From Candidatus Kapaibacterium sp. (GTDB lineage: Bacteria > Bacteroidota > Ignavibacteria > Kapaibacteriales > UBA2268), in NCBI GenBank assembly GCA_963665665.1, contig OY762428.1:4480001-4544000 (forward strand): a DNA stretch of 64,000 bases, given 5' to 3'. Position numbers and translations under genes: made by a program. Below the pieces are notes generated by a model. It was not told the origin of the DNA. It ran no database searches and worked only from the letters and a program-made list of their open reading frames with translations. Shown piece by piece: positions 38,502 to 49,199 of the stretch; the stretch's first letter is position 1, and every line of letters starts with the position of its first letter.

Positions 38502-39602
38502 ATGAAAAAAGTTATATCAGTTGTCGGTGCCAGGCCGAACTTTATGAAAGTAGCCCCGATTCACAGGGCATTCGACAAATATGAAGATATTCAGCATATA
38601 ATTTGCCATACAGGCCAGCACTATGATAAGGGTATGTCCGATGCATTTTTTAATGATCTTGATATGCCGGAACCTGCATATTTCTTAAATGTCGGATCGG
38701 GTACACATGCTGTTCAAACAGCTAAAATTATGATTGAATTCGAGAAAGTATGCATTGATGCTAACCCAGACCTGGTAATTGTGGTCGGCGATGTTAATTC
38801 AACAATTGCCTGTGCGCTGGTTGCCATTAAACTGGGTATTAAAACAGCTCACGTTGAAGCCGGACTGCGCAGCAGGGAACGTTCCATGCCCGAAGAAATA
38901 AACAGGATTGCTACTGATTCTATTAGCGATTACTGCTTTATAACCGAGAAAAGCGGTATGGAAAACCTTGAGCAGGAAGGATTTCCGAAGGAAAATACTT
39001 TCTTTACGGGCAATACCATGATAGATTCACAGCATTATGCGAAAAACAAAGCAAGGGACTCTGAAATTGCTGGTAAAATTGGTGTGAATGAAGGAGAGTT
39101 TGTTCTTTCAACTATTCACAGGCCGAGCAACGTGGACGATAAAGAGCAGCTTGAAGGGATTATTAACATATTTGCAAATCTTGCAAAACACAGAAAAATT
39201 GTACTGCCGATTCATCCCCGGACACGTAAGAATATTGATAAATTTGGCTTGTCTGAGCTTGTAGACTCAATCGACAAGCTGATCTTTATTGATCCATTAG
39301 GCTATATTGACTTTCTTTCCCTCATGATGAAGGCTGATTTTGTACTGACCGATTCCGGCGGAATTCAGGAAGAAACCACAGCACTTGGCGTTCCATGTAT
39401 CACTATCAGGCCTACAACGGAAAGGCCTATAACCTGTGAAGTGGGAACGAATATTCTTATTCAGCCTGTTCCGGAAAAAATCCAGACAGCAGTTGACGAT
39501 ATGCTGAACAAACCAAGGAAAAAAGGCGAGATTCCTTATCTTTGGGATGGCAGGGCAGCCGAAAGAATTGCAGAAATTGTGTCAGAAAAAATTTTTAAAT
39601 AA
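38502..39602 (+). CDS. wecB: UDP-N-acetylglucosamine 2-epimerase (non-hydrolysing)
   Basis: VGARPNFMK, HTGQHYD, HVEAGLRS, MPEEINR and TDSGGIQEE. Confidence 0.95.
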   Translation: MKKVISVVGARPNFMKVAPIHRAFDKYEDIQHIICHTGQHYDKGMSDAFFNDLDMPEPAYFLNVGSGTHAVQTAKIMIEFEKVCIDANPDLVIVVGDVNSTIACALVAIKLGIKTAHVEAGLRSRERSMPEEINRIATDSISDYCFITEKSGMENLEQEGFPKENTFFTGNTMIDSQHYAKNKARDSEIAGKIGVNEGEFVLSTIHRPSNVDDKEQLEGIINIFANLAKHRKIVLPIHPRTRKNIDKFGLSELVDSIDKLIFIDPLGYIDFLSLMMKADFVLTDSGGIQEETTALGVPCITIRPTTERPITCEVGTNILIQPVPEKIQTAVDDMLNKPRKKGEIPYLWDGRAAERIAEIVSEKIFK

Positions 39603-39640
39603 TTGAAGACTTGATTGTGAAACAAATTTCAAGAACAAAA

Positions 39641-41380
39641 ATGATAAAATCCGGAAAATCCATCTTTTATCTTTTCATATTATCTTTATTGAGTTTCTCC
39701 TACTCAAGCCTGGATGCCCAGGTGAAGGGTATGAATTCATTTGATCCTGACCAGATACTTTCCAAAACAATGGAGCAACAGGTTCAGATGAATCAGATGA
39801 TGAGAAACGAACAGTTCCCGATCGGGAATTCAATTGATCCGGATTATTACAGGCTGGGTCCGGATGATATTTTGTCTATTCAGGTAATTCCTACTATTCC
39901 ATCAGAGCAATATATTTCCGTATCACCCGAAAACCTGATCATTATCCCTAGATATGGCTCAGTGAACGTAAAAGGGAAAACACTCACTGAACTGAGGGGA
40001 ATTCTAATGGAAAAGATCGGCGGAACTCTGCCCAATGCTTCTATATCAATAACATTGAAACAGGCAAGAATGGTAATGGTTTCAATTACAGGTAACGTTA
40101 AGCAGCCGGGTATCTACAACCTTCCGGCAACTTATAATATTGAATCAGCGCTTAAAGTTGCTAACAAAACCAGAACTAATTCAAGTACTTCTACCTTGCA
40201 GGCGCCTGCAATTCTTAAAATATACGAAGACCAGATCGAGAAAAATAAAATTTATTCCGAAAGCGGTATTGCCCAGGATGATGAATTTTCGACAAGGAAT
40301 ATTCTGCTTCGCAGAGCCGACGGATCATCTATTGTTGCCGACCTGGAAAAATCCAGAGCATATAATGACGAGTCAATAAATCCTTATATTCTTGAGGGTG
40401 ATGAGATATTCGTTCCTTATAATGATAGAGAATTTTCAACAATAAGTATCAACGGTTCTGTTATCAGGCCGAGTTCACTTGTTTTTAAAGAGGGCGACAG
40501 AGCTTCATTGCTGCTTAAGGTATCCGGCGGCATGAAAGCCGACGCGGATATAAATAAAATTCAGCTTTACAAGCCTGGTAATTCTGCATTAAAATTAACA
40601 GTAGATGAGAATCTGAATATTATCGGCGATGATCCTGAACTTTTACCCGGATCAGTAATAATCGTTGGAATCAGGAAAACCGAGCCGATAACAAATGCGG
40701 CAGTTGTATCAATCAAAGGTAATGTGGTCAATCCGGGCGTTTATCCGATTGAGCATGGCAAAACAAAACTAAAAGAATTTATCAATATTGCCGGCGGGTT
40801 TACAGCCGATGCTTATTTGCCTCTTGCTCATATTTTCAGGAAAAATGATGTTGACCTGTCTCCTGCTAATGCCCGGCTGCATGTTCTGAAGAACTTCCAG
40901 TACAGCAACCTGACTTTGGACGATACGACGAGATATATAATGGATGTTAACCTGAAAATGCCCTATGTTTCATGTGATTTCAATGCTCTGTTTAATGAAA
41001 ATGACAATAACCATAACGTCAGGCTTCAAAACGGAGATATTATTGTTATCCCTTCAAATCCCGGAAGAGTATATGTTTACGGGCAGGTTAATAATCCCGG
41101 TTTTGTAGAATTTGCACCCGGTCAGAGTAAGGAATGGTACGTTGAAAAAGCAGGTGGTTTTGCCCCGGAAGCAGTGGATGAAAGGACAAGAATAATAAGG
41201 GGTAATACAAGGGTATGGATTGAGGAAGGTATTGTTTATGCCGGCGATGAAATTTATGTTCCCCGCGAACCTGATGTTCCAAGTAACGTGCAGGCACAGA
41301 ATTATAGTATTATAGCAAGCGCCGCGCTTGCTGCCGTTTCAATAATATCTATGATCGTAAATATTGTGAGAACTAATTGA
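39641..41380 (+). CDS. Polysaccharide export protein with multiple SLBB domains (Wza/KpsD-like)
   Basis: YRLGPDD and repeated VxxxGxVxxPGxY...AGG motifs; signal peptide. An alternative TTG start is at 39611. Confidence 0.85.
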   Translation: MIKSGKSIFYLFILSLLSFSYSSLDAQVKGMNSFDPDQILSKTMEQQVQMNQMMRNEQFPIGNSIDPDYYRLGPDDILSIQVIPTIPSEQYISVSPENLIIIPRYGSVNVKGKTLTELRGILMEKIGGTLPNASISITLKQARMVMVSITGNVKQPGIYNLPATYNIESALKVANKTRTNSSTSTLQAPAILKIYEDQIEKNKIYSESGIAQDDEFSTRNILLRRADGSSIVADLEKSRAYNDESINPYILEGDEIFVPYNDREFSTISINGSVIRPSSLVFKEGDRASLLLKVSGGMKADADINKIQLYKPGNSALKLTVDENLNIIGDDPELLPGSVIIVGIRKTEPITNAAVVSIKGNVVNPGVYPIEHGKTKLKEFINIAGGFTADAYLPLAHIFRKNDVDLSPANARLHVLKNFQYSNLTLDDTTRYIMDVNLKMPYVSCDFNALFNENDNNHNVRLQNGDIIVIPSNPGRVYVYGQVNNPGFVEFAPGQSKEWYVEKAGGFAPEAVDERTRIIRGNTRVWIEEGIVYAGDEIYVPREPDVPSNVQAQNYSIIASAALAAVSIISMIVNIVRTN

Positions 41381-43035
41381 TTAAGAAGTTAATAATATTG
41401 CCAATATTTCTATGTGCATTTTTACATCTGAATGCACAGGTGGAACATGTGCCCGTATCTAATCCGGTATATGAATTTTTAATCCATGCAGAATTGCGTG
41501 GGATGCTCCCACATTTTTCATCATCGGACCTTCCCTTGAGTAAAATGGAAATTGTTTCTGCTCTTGAAAAATTACGTGATAAAGAATCAGAATTATCTTC
41601 CCAACAAAAAAGTCTGTTAGACAAATTTGAGCGTGAATTTGGAATAGTCCTTAGTGATAGAGCTGTGGTTTTTTATAGCCCGAGTGATTCCATTCAGGTT
41701 TTGTCTTCAAGAATGTTATCTGATAGTGAAAAATCAATATATCATTTTTCTGATTCAAATAACAATGTTAGTATCGACCCATTAGCATCCTTTGAATATT
41801 ATATGGTTGACGACAAAAGTGATAATAATGGAAACGTAACAATGGGTAATCTGGGGGTAAGAGTTTACGGGACACTTGGCGGCAGAGTAGGATATTTCCT
41901 TCAGGCAACCAATGGTTCGGTATTCGGCGGCAACAGGGAGACAGCTCTTCAGGATGCTTACCTCAGGAAAAATATAAAATTCGCTTCGCTTGCAAGTGAT
42001 TTTGATTTTACCGAATCGCATATTAGATTTCAATATGACTGGTTTTATGGTGGAATAGGCAGAGAAACCCGGTTGATGGGATCGGGTTTAAGCCAGCGTT
42101 TATTCTTGTCTGATAATGCAGTACCATTTGATGCTTTGTTCCTGGGTGCAGAGTTTAAGAACTTCGAGTATAAATTTATCCATGGAAGTCTTGTAGGCCA
42201 GCCTGTAAGCAGTCAGAACGTTGGATTTACTACTGTTATTCCCGAGAAATATATTGCCATACACCGTTTCGCTTTAAAGCCTGAGTGGGGGGAGATAGCT
42301 TTCTGGGAGAATATTGTTTACTCGGACAGAAACCCTGACCTTGCTTACCTTAATCCGCTTAGTTTCTACAAATCTCTTGAACATGCCTTGCGGGACAGGG
42401 ATAATTCCATAATGGGCGGAGATATCACAGTCAGGCCTTTAAAAGGTTTGCAGATAAAAGGCTCTTACCTGCTGGATGATATTATTTTCTCAAAGATCGG
42501 AACTGGATACTGGAGTAATAAAAGCGCCTGGAATATTGGGGCACAATATGCAGTTTTGCCTGATATTGATTTTGGATACGAATATGCACGTGTGGAACCA
42601 TATACATTCTCACATTTTAACAGCCAGAACAATATGACAAATGACTCATTGCTCTATGGGTCCTATTTATTGCCCAATTCTGACAGGCATCTGATTAAAA
42701 TTGACTGGTTCTACGGGCAAAGATATCCGCTTACTCTGACAATTGGATATACTCGTCACGGAAACAATATATACAGCGGGGATTCCCTGATATACAATGC
42801 CGGAGGTGATCCCGGACAGACCAGAAGGGGAGCCCTGCCGGGAACAGGATTTGATGGAGACCCGCTTACGATAGAATTCCTTACCGGAGATTTAATTGAA
42901 ACTTTATCTATCGAGATTGAAGCAGGATATGAAATTGTCCGCGGGTTCAATATCCATGCTTATTATGCTTTTATCCGTCAAAATGAAGAAAACGGACATA
43001 AGGCTAAATTGACCTTGAGATATAACGATTTCTGA
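41377..43035 (+). CDS. Capsule assembly Wzi-like outer-membrane protein
   Basis: Signal peptide; GSGLSQRLFLSDNA, YIAIHRF, YLNPL and EYARVEPYTFSH; polysaccharide-operon context. Confidence 0.72.
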   Translation: MIKKLIILPIFLCAFLHLNAQVEHVPVSNPVYEFLIHAELRGMLPHFSSSDLPLSKMEIVSALEKLRDKESELSSQQKSLLDKFEREFGIVLSDRAVVFYSPSDSIQVLSSRMLSDSEKSIYHFSDSNNNVSIDPLASFEYYMVDDKSDNNGNVTMGNLGVRVYGTLGGRVGYFLQATNGSVFGGNRETALQDAYLRKNIKFASLASDFDFTESHIRFQYDWFYGGIGRETRLMGSGLSQRLFLSDNAVPFDALFLGAEFKNFEYKFIHGSLVGQPVSSQNVGFTTVIPEKYIAIHRFALKPEWGEIAFWENIVYSDRNPDLAYLNPLSFYKSLEHALRDRDNSIMGGDITVRPLKGLQIKGSYLLDDIIFSKIGTGYWSNKSAWNIGAQYAVLPDIDFGYEYARVEPYTFSHFNSQNNMTNDSLLYGSYLLPNSDRHLIKIDWFYGQRYPLTLTIGYTRHGNNIYSGDSLIYNAGGDPGQTRRGALPGTGFDGDPLTIEFLTGDLIETLSIEIEAGYEIVRGFNIHAYYAFIRQNEENGHKAKLTLRYNDF

Positions 43036-43061
43036 TTTTGTTTAATGGGAAATACAGAAGT

Positions 43062-44534
43062 ATGAACTTGTTAATTAAAGAAATAAAGAAATTCAGCGAA
43101 ACTGATTACAATGATTACAGGCCCTCCAATGTGAAGAAAACTCTGTTGTCACCATTTTTTCAGTTAGTAGCAGACTTGTTTTCAATTTTAATCACTTATA
43201 CAGCTCAGTTTCTAATTATATACAAATCGGATTTTGTCAGGGTAAGTACCGAACCTGATTTCGGAGCATTTATTTTTACAGGGATAGTTTTTTCTGTATA
43301 CTGGCTTACTCTGTTGTTTTTCTCAGGAATGTATAAAAATTGGTATATACGTTCACCATTCGATGAGATATTTTCAATAATTAAGGTCACTTTTATTGGC
43401 ATGGCGCTGATTGTTTTAATAGTGTTAATCAATACCAATGAAGCACCGCGTTATCTTTTCATGATTTATTATCCAATCTTTACTTTTGTAATGATCCTGA
43501 ACAGGACAATTGCAAGAAGATTGCAAAAGGCATTAAGAGTCAGGAAAGTTATTGCAATATCTTCTCTGATAATTGGATCTGCTGACAGGTCGAAAAGCCT
43601 GCTTAAAGAAATTGGAAAATGCCCGGCCTGGGGGTTTAAACCGGTAGGAATAGTTGCTACTGACAGGTGTATTGCAAGGGACGAAATCGATGATGACAGA
43701 ATATTTCTTTTTCATTGCGATGACGGCCTTGAACAAATTCTTGATAATCTAAAACCGGAAGAAGTATTGATCACAACCGACCGTGCTGACCACCAGGAAT
43801 TAATGAAAATTGTATCAACAGCAGCAGACAGAAATATTATTGTAAAGATAAAACCGGATATTTATAATATTTTTACCGGACAGACCAAAACCTTGCATAT
43901 TTACGGTATACCTCTTATCGAGATTAGCACGCAGCTTCTGAAACCCTGGCAGGAAGCTCTTAAAAGACTAATAGATATTTGTTTCAGCGGTGCTGTTCTG
44001 GTTTTTGGGCTGCCTTTGTGGCTGCTTGTTGCTATAATTATTAAAATTGAATCCAGAGGCCCTGTGTTCTATAAGCAACCAAGAGTAGGCAAGAACAACA
44101 AGGTATTTCAGATATATAAATACAGATCCATGGTTCAGGATGCAGACAAGCAAAAACAAAAGTGGACATCTGTAAATGATCCGCGTGTTACAAAATTTGG
44201 AAAGTTTATCCGAAAAACTCACCTGGATGAAATTCCACAGTTCTGGAATGTACTGAAAGGGGAGATGTCTATTGTCGGGCCTCGTCCGGAACAGCCTCAA
44301 TACGTGAAGCAATTCGCAGCTGAAATACCCTATTACATGCGTCGGCTAAAGGTCAGGCCGGGTATTACCGGGTGGTGGCAGGTAAAATACGGGCCGCACG
44401 TTCTGGACAATGAAGAAATTCAGAACCGATTAAAGGATGATTTTTATTATATTGAAAATATGTCGTTGCAGCTTGATATTGAAATTATTATTCGCACGGT
44501 ATGGGTTGTATTTAAGGGGCACGGCCAGGCTTAG
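43062..44534 (+). CDS. Undecaprenyl-phosphate sugar phosphotransferase (WcaJ/WbaP-type)
   Basis: KRLIDI, YKYRSM, DPRVTKFGKFIRKTHLDEIPQFWNVLKGEMSIVGPRPE and PGITGWWQV. An alternative TTG start is at 43038. Confidence 0.92.
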   Translation: MNLLIKEIKKFSETDYNDYRPSNVKKTLLSPFFQLVADLFSILITYTAQFLIIYKSDFVRVSTEPDFGAFIFTGIVFSVYWLTLLFFSGMYKNWYIRSPFDEIFSIIKVTFIGMALIVLIVLINTNEAPRYLFMIYYPIFTFVMILNRTIARRLQKALRVRKVIAISSLIIGSADRSKSLLKEIGKCPAWGFKPVGIVATDRCIARDEIDDDRIFLFHCDDGLEQILDNLKPEEVLITTDRADHQELMKIVSTAADRNIIVKIKPDIYNIFTGQTKTLHIYGIPLIEISTQLLKPWQEALKRLIDICFSGAVLVFGLPLWLLVAIIIKIESRGPVFYKQPRVGKNNKVFQIYKYRSMVQDADKQKQKWTSVNDPRVTKFGKFIRKTHLDEIPQFWNVLKGEMSIVGPRPEQPQYVKQFAAEIPYYMRRLKVRPGITGWWQVKYGPHVLDNEEIQNRLKDDFYYIENMSLQLDIEIIIRTVWVVFKGHGQA

Positions 44535-44605
44535 TTGTAACTTTTACCGTATTTGATACGTTATTTTTGAAATCATTATTTACATGAATTTTTCAAGATT
44601 TTTTT

Positions 44606-45331
44606 ATGAATGCTATAGTTATTATCCCGACCTATAATGAAAAAGAGAATATTTCGCAAATAATATCAGCAATCAATGAAGTTGACAGCAAGGTTCATAT
44701 ATTGGTCGTTGATGATAATTCTCCCGACGGAACTGCCGATATTGTAAAAAATATTATGAAAAGTGACGATAGAGTGCATATTCTGGAACGTCCGGGTAAA
44801 ATGGGTCTTGGTACAGCCTATTGCGATGGTTTTGCCTATGCTCTTGAAAATGGATTTGAAGCTGTTTTCGAAATGGATGCTGATTTTTCTCACGACCCTA
44901 AGGAAATACCCAATTTCCTGAAAGAAATTGAAAAAAATGACCTTGTTATCGGTTCGCGATATAAGACGGGAGTGAACGTAGTAAACTGGCCGCTCAGAAG
45001 GCTTATTCTAAGCTACGGTGCTAATGTTTATACCAGAATTATTACAGGAATGCCGATCAAAGATGCAACAGGCGGCTTCAAATGCTTCAGAGCTTCTGCC
45101 CTTAAAGATATTGACCTTAAAGCAATACATTCCAATGGTTACGGCTTCCAGATCGAAATGAACTACAGAATGTGGAAGAACGGAGCCAGAATTTCAGAAA
45201 TTCCGATAATTTTCATCGACCGCAGGAGCGGGGTTTCCAAGATGAATAAAAATATTATCATCGAGGCCATTTTTCTTGTTTGGAAATTGAAACTGGGCTT
45301 ATGGAAGGGAAAGAACAAGAAAAAAAATTAA
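44606..45331 (+). CDS. Polyprenol-monophosphomannose synthase-like GT2
   Basis: IIPTYNEKENI, VDDNSPDGT, GKMGLGTAY, EMDADFSHDP and RRSGVSKM. Confidence 0.92.
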   Translation: MNAIVIIPTYNEKENISQIISAINEVDSKVHILVVDDNSPDGTADIVKNIMKSDDRVHILERPGKMGLGTAYCDGFAYALENGFEAVFEMDADFSHDPKEIPNFLKEIEKNDLVIGSRYKTGVNVVNWPLRRLILSYGANVYTRIITGMPIKDATGGFKCFRASALKDIDLKAIHSNGYGFQIEMNYRMWKNGARISEIPIIFIDRRSGVSKMNKNIIIEAIFLVWKLKLGLWKGKNKKKN

Positions 45332-45366
45332 AATTAAAAAAAAATTTAACAAATGAAAAAAAATCC

Positions 45367-45397
45367 TTTGTAGAATTGTGAATTGTTCTTATTTTTG
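45367..45397 (+). promoter_or_regulatory. Bacteroidota-type primary-sigma promoter (-33 TTTG / -7 TAnnTTTG) for tRNA-Ala/Asp
   Basis: TTTG (45367-45370), 19-nt spacer, TATTTTTG (45390-45397). Confidence 0.7.
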
Positions 45398-45429
45398 TAT
45401 CTCTGCTTTCGGGCAGCTTGATAACAGAA

Positions 45430-45502
<73 letters not shown>

Positions 45503-45521
45503 CGTTAATTGAAAATTTTAT

Positions 45522-45596
45522 GGGGTCGTAGCTCAGCCTGGTTAGAGCGCCAGTCTGTCACACTGGAGGTCGCGAGTTCAAGTCCCGTCGGCCCCG
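45522..45596 (+). tRNA. tRNA-Asp(GTC), copy 1
   Basis: Acceptor GGGGTCG/CGGCCCC, anticodon arm CCAGT-CTGTCAC-ACTGG, T loop TTCAAGT. Confidence 0.95.
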
Positions 45597-45641
45597 CGAA
45601 ATAAGGGGAACCTTGGTTCCCCTGAATTTCGAAAAAAAAAC

Positions 45642-45672
45642 TTTGAAAATTGAAAAAAAGAGTTTATATTCG
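45642..45672 (+). promoter_or_regulatory. Second promoter for tRNA-Asp copy 2
   Basis: TTTG, 19-nt spacer, TATATTCG (one mismatch to consensus). It follows the hairpin GGGGAACC-TT-GGTTCCCC. Confidence 0.55.
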
Positions 45673-45701
45673 CATCGCGAATTCAGAGGAAAACTTTAAA
45701 A

Positions 45702-45776
45702 GGGGTCGTAGCTCAGCCTGGTTAGAGCGCCAGTCTGTCACACTGGAGGTCGCGAGTTCAAGTCCCGTCGGCCCCG
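45702..45776 (+). tRNA. tRNA-Asp(GTC), copy 2
   Basis: Identical to copy 1, 180 bp downstream. Confidence 0.95.
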
Positions 45777-45779
45777 CAG

Positions 45780-45816
45780 AAAAAGAGGTAAGCAAATTTT
45801 GCTTTCCTCTTTTTTT
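45780..45816 (+). terminator. Intrinsic terminator after tRNA-Asp
   Basis: AAAAAGAGGTAAGCAA-AT-TTTGCTTTCCTC followed by a T tract. Confidence 0.6.
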
Positions 45817-45931
45817 ATATTTAAAATCATCTTATGATTTAGAATTAATTCATCAATTTCGTAATTTTGTTGCTTTGGCTTCTGGCCGATAAATATTTTA
45901 AATGAAAGAAATTATTTTAACATAACAGGTA

Positions 45932-47356
45932 ATGAAAATGTATAAACTGGAAACAATTATTTCTCTTGCAAAAAGAAGAGGATTTATCTTTCAATCATCA
46001 GAAATATATGGCGGACTGAACGGCTGTTGGGATTTTGGGCCGCTTGGAGTTGAACTGCTTAAAAATATAAAAGAATCCTGGTGGAAGGAAATGACATTCA
46101 GGACTGATGTTGAAGGAGTTGATGCTGCAATACTTATGCACCCCCGAACATGGGATGCCAGCGGCCATACTTCAAAATTCAGCGATCCCATGATAGACAA
46201 CAAAACAAGTAAAGCAAGGCACAGGGCGGATACTCTGATTGAAGAATTTATTGCCAAGCTGAGAAAAAAGAAAAAAACAAACAAGGCTGATGAACTTGAA
46301 GCTGATCTGGCAAAAGCTGAAAAACCGTCGGATTACTATGATATTATTATGAAATGGGAAATAAAGGATCCTGTTTCAGGAACTATGGAATGGACAGAGG
46401 TAAGGAACTTCAACCTGATGTTCAAAACATTTGTCGGCCCTGTTGAAGATACCGGAAGTACTGTTTACCTGCGGCCCGAATCAGCTCAGGGTATTTTCGT
46501 GAATTTCAAGAATGTCCTGGACACAACACGGCAGAAAATTCCTTTTGGAATAGCACAGATCGGCAAGGCATTCAGAAATGAAATTAACACTAAGAATTTT
46601 CTTTTTCGTACCAGGGAATTTGAACAAATGGAAATGCAATACTTTGTGAAGCCCGGGGAAGAAAAAGAATGGTTTGAATACTGGAAAGAAAAAAGGTGGA
46701 ATTGGTATATCTCACTTGGAATGAATGAAGAAAATCTTAAATTCAAGGATCACGACAAACTTGCTCACTATGCTAATATGGCTACTGATATTGAATTCCG
46801 CTTCCCATTCGGTTTTGGTGAAATTGAAGGTATTCATTCCAGGACAGATTACGACCTTAGTGCACACCAGGAATTTTCCGGCAAGAAGATGGAATATGTT
46901 GATACGGTAAACAAAGAACGCTATGTGCCTTATGTTGTTGAAACATCAGGCGGAGTAACACGTTCCCTTATGGCATTCCTTTGCAGTGCTTACGAAGAGG
47001 AAGAAGTTGTAAATGATAAAGGCAAATCTGAAAAACGTACTGTTATGCATTTTCATCCGCAGTTAGCCCCGATAACTGTTGCTGTTTTTCCCCTTGTAAA
47101 TAAAGACGGGATGCCGGAAAAAGCAATGGAATTATTCCAGGGCCTGCAAAAGTATTTTAAAGCTCAGTACGACACATCCGGTGCAATAGGAAGGCGTTAC
47201 CGCCGTCAGGATGAAATAGGAACACCGTTCTGTATAACGATAGACGGACAGACTCTTGAAGACAATACTGTAACTATCCGGGAACGTGATTCAATGCAGC
47301 AGGAAAGGGTAAATATTGACAGCGTACGAAATTATATTCAGGACAGAATGTATTAA
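45932..47356 (+). CDS. glyQS: Glycine--tRNA ligase (homodimeric type)
   Basis: KRRGFIFQSSEIYGG, YLRPESAQGIF, FRTREFEQME, EIEGIHSRTDYDL and IGRRYRRQDEIGTP. Confidence 0.97.
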   Translation: MKMYKLETIISLAKRRGFIFQSSEIYGGLNGCWDFGPLGVELLKNIKESWWKEMTFRTDVEGVDAAILMHPRTWDASGHTSKFSDPMIDNKTSKARHRADTLIEEFIAKLRKKKKTNKADELEADLAKAEKPSDYYDIIMKWEIKDPVSGTMEWTEVRNFNLMFKTFVGPVEDTGSTVYLRPESAQGIFVNFKNVLDTTRQKIPFGIAQIGKAFRNEINTKNFLFRTREFEQMEMQYFVKPGEEKEWFEYWKEKRWNWYISLGMNEENLKFKDHDKLAHYANMATDIEFRFPFGFGEIEGIHSRTDYDLSAHQEFSGKKMEYVDTVNKERYVPYVVETSGGVTRSLMAFLCSAYEEEEVVNDKGKSEKRTVMHFHPQLAPITVAVFPLVNKDGMPEKAMELFQGLQKYFKAQYDTSGAIGRRYRRQDEIGTPFCITIDGQTLEDNTVTIRERDSMQQERVNIDSVRNYIQDRMY

Positions 47357-47362
47357 AGATAT

Positions 47363-47388
47363 TGCCCCGTAAATCGGGGCATTTTTTT
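47363..47388 (+). terminator. Intrinsic terminator after glyQS
   Basis: TGCCCCG-TAAAT-CGGGGCA followed by T7. Confidence 0.75.
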
Positions 47389-47411
47389 AACAGATAATAA
47401 TCGGTGGGCAA

Positions 47412-49070
47412 ATGATTCGAAACAGGAAAACCCTTATTGGCATAATAATATTTATATCCGTTGTAGTTAGTGGTTTTACCGGTTCATACTTATTCAAAAT
47501 TAATAAATCTTTCGAAATTTTCGGAGCTGTTTTCAGAGAGATATCGGCTAATTATGTTGATGAAGTTGATCCGGAACAGCTTGTTGATTATGCACTCGAC
47601 GGAATGCTTGAAAAACTTGACCCATATACCGTTTATTACGACGAAGAAGCTTCTGATGATGTAAATTATCTTGTTAAGGGTTCCTATATCGGGCTTGGTA
47701 TTACGATTGGCAGAATGGACAGTATGCTGACTATTCTTGAAGTAGTTGACGGCTATCCTGCCAGCAATGCCGGTATTAGGATTGGTGATAAAATTTTTGA
47801 AGTTGACGGCCACAGAGTTTTGAACATGAAAGTGGATAAACTTCGGAAATACACCCGGGGAGATATTGGAACCTCCATGGTTATGAAAGTTCTGCGGGAA
47901 AAGGATACTCTAACGAAAAACCTGAAGCGCGGACAAATTAAAATTTCTAACGTATCATATTCGGATTTGCTATTTAATGATTTTGCTTATATAAAGATTG
48001 AAAGATTCAGCAAAACTACAGCCGAAGAACTAAGGTTGGCTCTAAACAGAATCAAGAGCCGTTCCAATATTAATGGGATTATTCTTGATCTTCGTGATAA
48101 TCCCGGAGGCTTGCTACAAGCGGCTGTATCAGTTTGTGAAATTTTTCTTCCGAAAGGATCCAAAATAGTAACCACAAAGGGTAGAAAGAATAGCAGTGAG
48201 TTTACTTATCGATCTGTTCTGGATCCAATGGAACCGGATCTGCCACTTGCAGTACTGATAAATAAGCGCAGCGCCAGTGCAAGCGAGATTGTTGCCGGCG
48301 CTATTCAGGATCTGGACAGAGGTATTGTAATAGGGGAGAGATCCTTCGGTAAAGGTCTGGTACAAAGTGTGATTGATCTTCCATATAAAACAAATTTGAA
48401 AATGACTACTGCCAAATACTACACACCTTCAGGAAGATGTATACAGAAACTGGATTATTCCACTGTAAGGCATGGTAGTGATAAAGCTGGAAGAACTCAC
48501 GACACTTCTGATTTTTATACAATGAATGGCAGGCCTGTAAATGCTTCGAATGGGATAAAACCTGATATTTGTATCGATAGCGCAGGAACTTCAAAATTTA
48601 TTGATAATCTAAAGAAAAAGTTTATGTTCTTTAAGTATGCAAATTCATACAGCGCAAAACTGGACAGCCTTCCGGATGATTTTGCTGTAGATAATGAAAT
48701 GCTTGAAGATTTTAGTCGTTTTACCCTGGATAATAAGGAGTTTCAATATCAGACCGAAATGATAACACAAATAAAAAATGCAAGAAAAATTGCCAGGGAT
48801 GAAAGACTTTCTGATAATATTTTAAATGATATTAGTCTACTTGAGAAAAAAATTGCTGTTGAAGAAGAAAAGATAATTTTTAAATATAAAGCTGAAATAT
48901 CTGAAATCCTGGAAGAAGAGATAAAATCACGTTTTCTTTCTCAGATACAGATGACGGAACTTTCTTTATCCGATGACGAGTTTATCACTTTGGCTGCCAA
49001 GACTTTAAGGTCTGCTAACTACGGGAAAATTCTCGCAAAAGGCCTGAAAGGAGAAAATGTTAATAATTAA
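47412..49070 (+). CDS. S41-family C-terminal processing protease (PDZ)
   Basis: LDPYT, LDLRDNPGGLL, SASASEIVAGAIQDLDR, SFGKGLVQ and KYYTPSGR. Confidence 0.93.
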   Translation: MIRNRKTLIGIIIFISVVVSGFTGSYLFKINKSFEIFGAVFREISANYVDEVDPEQLVDYALDGMLEKLDPYTVYYDEEASDDVNYLVKGSYIGLGITIGRMDSMLTILEVVDGYPASNAGIRIGDKIFEVDGHRVLNMKVDKLRKYTRGDIGTSMVMKVLREKDTLTKNLKRGQIKISNVSYSDLLFNDFAYIKIERFSKTTAEELRLALNRIKSRSNINGIILDLRDNPGGLLQAAVSVCEIFLPKGSKIVTTKGRKNSSEFTYRSVLDPMEPDLPLAVLINKRSASASEIVAGAIQDLDRGIVIGERSFGKGLVQSVIDLPYKTNLKMTTAKYYTPSGRCIQKLDYSTVRHGSDKAGRTHDTSDFYTMNGRPVNASNGIKPDICIDSAGTSKFIDNLKKKFMFFKYANSYSAKLDSLPDDFAVDNEMLEDFSRFTLDNKEFQYQTEMITQIKNARKIARDERLSDNILNDISLLEKKIAVEEEKIIFKYKAEISEILEEEIKSRFLSQIQMTELSLSDDEFITLAAKTLRSANYGKILAKGLKGENVNN

Positions 49071-49199
49071 TTCAAGAAAATATTTGGAAAATATCACCAT
49101 TATTATTTCTTTGCAAGATTGAAATTGGCAATATTTGCGTAACAATATCGTCAATTACTCGTATTTTTGAATAGATCGGTTTATAAACAAGGGTCTCTT

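Noticed and set aside
45650-45892. 80-aa ORF
   Set aside because: It overlaps tRNA-Asp copy 2 and its terminator.
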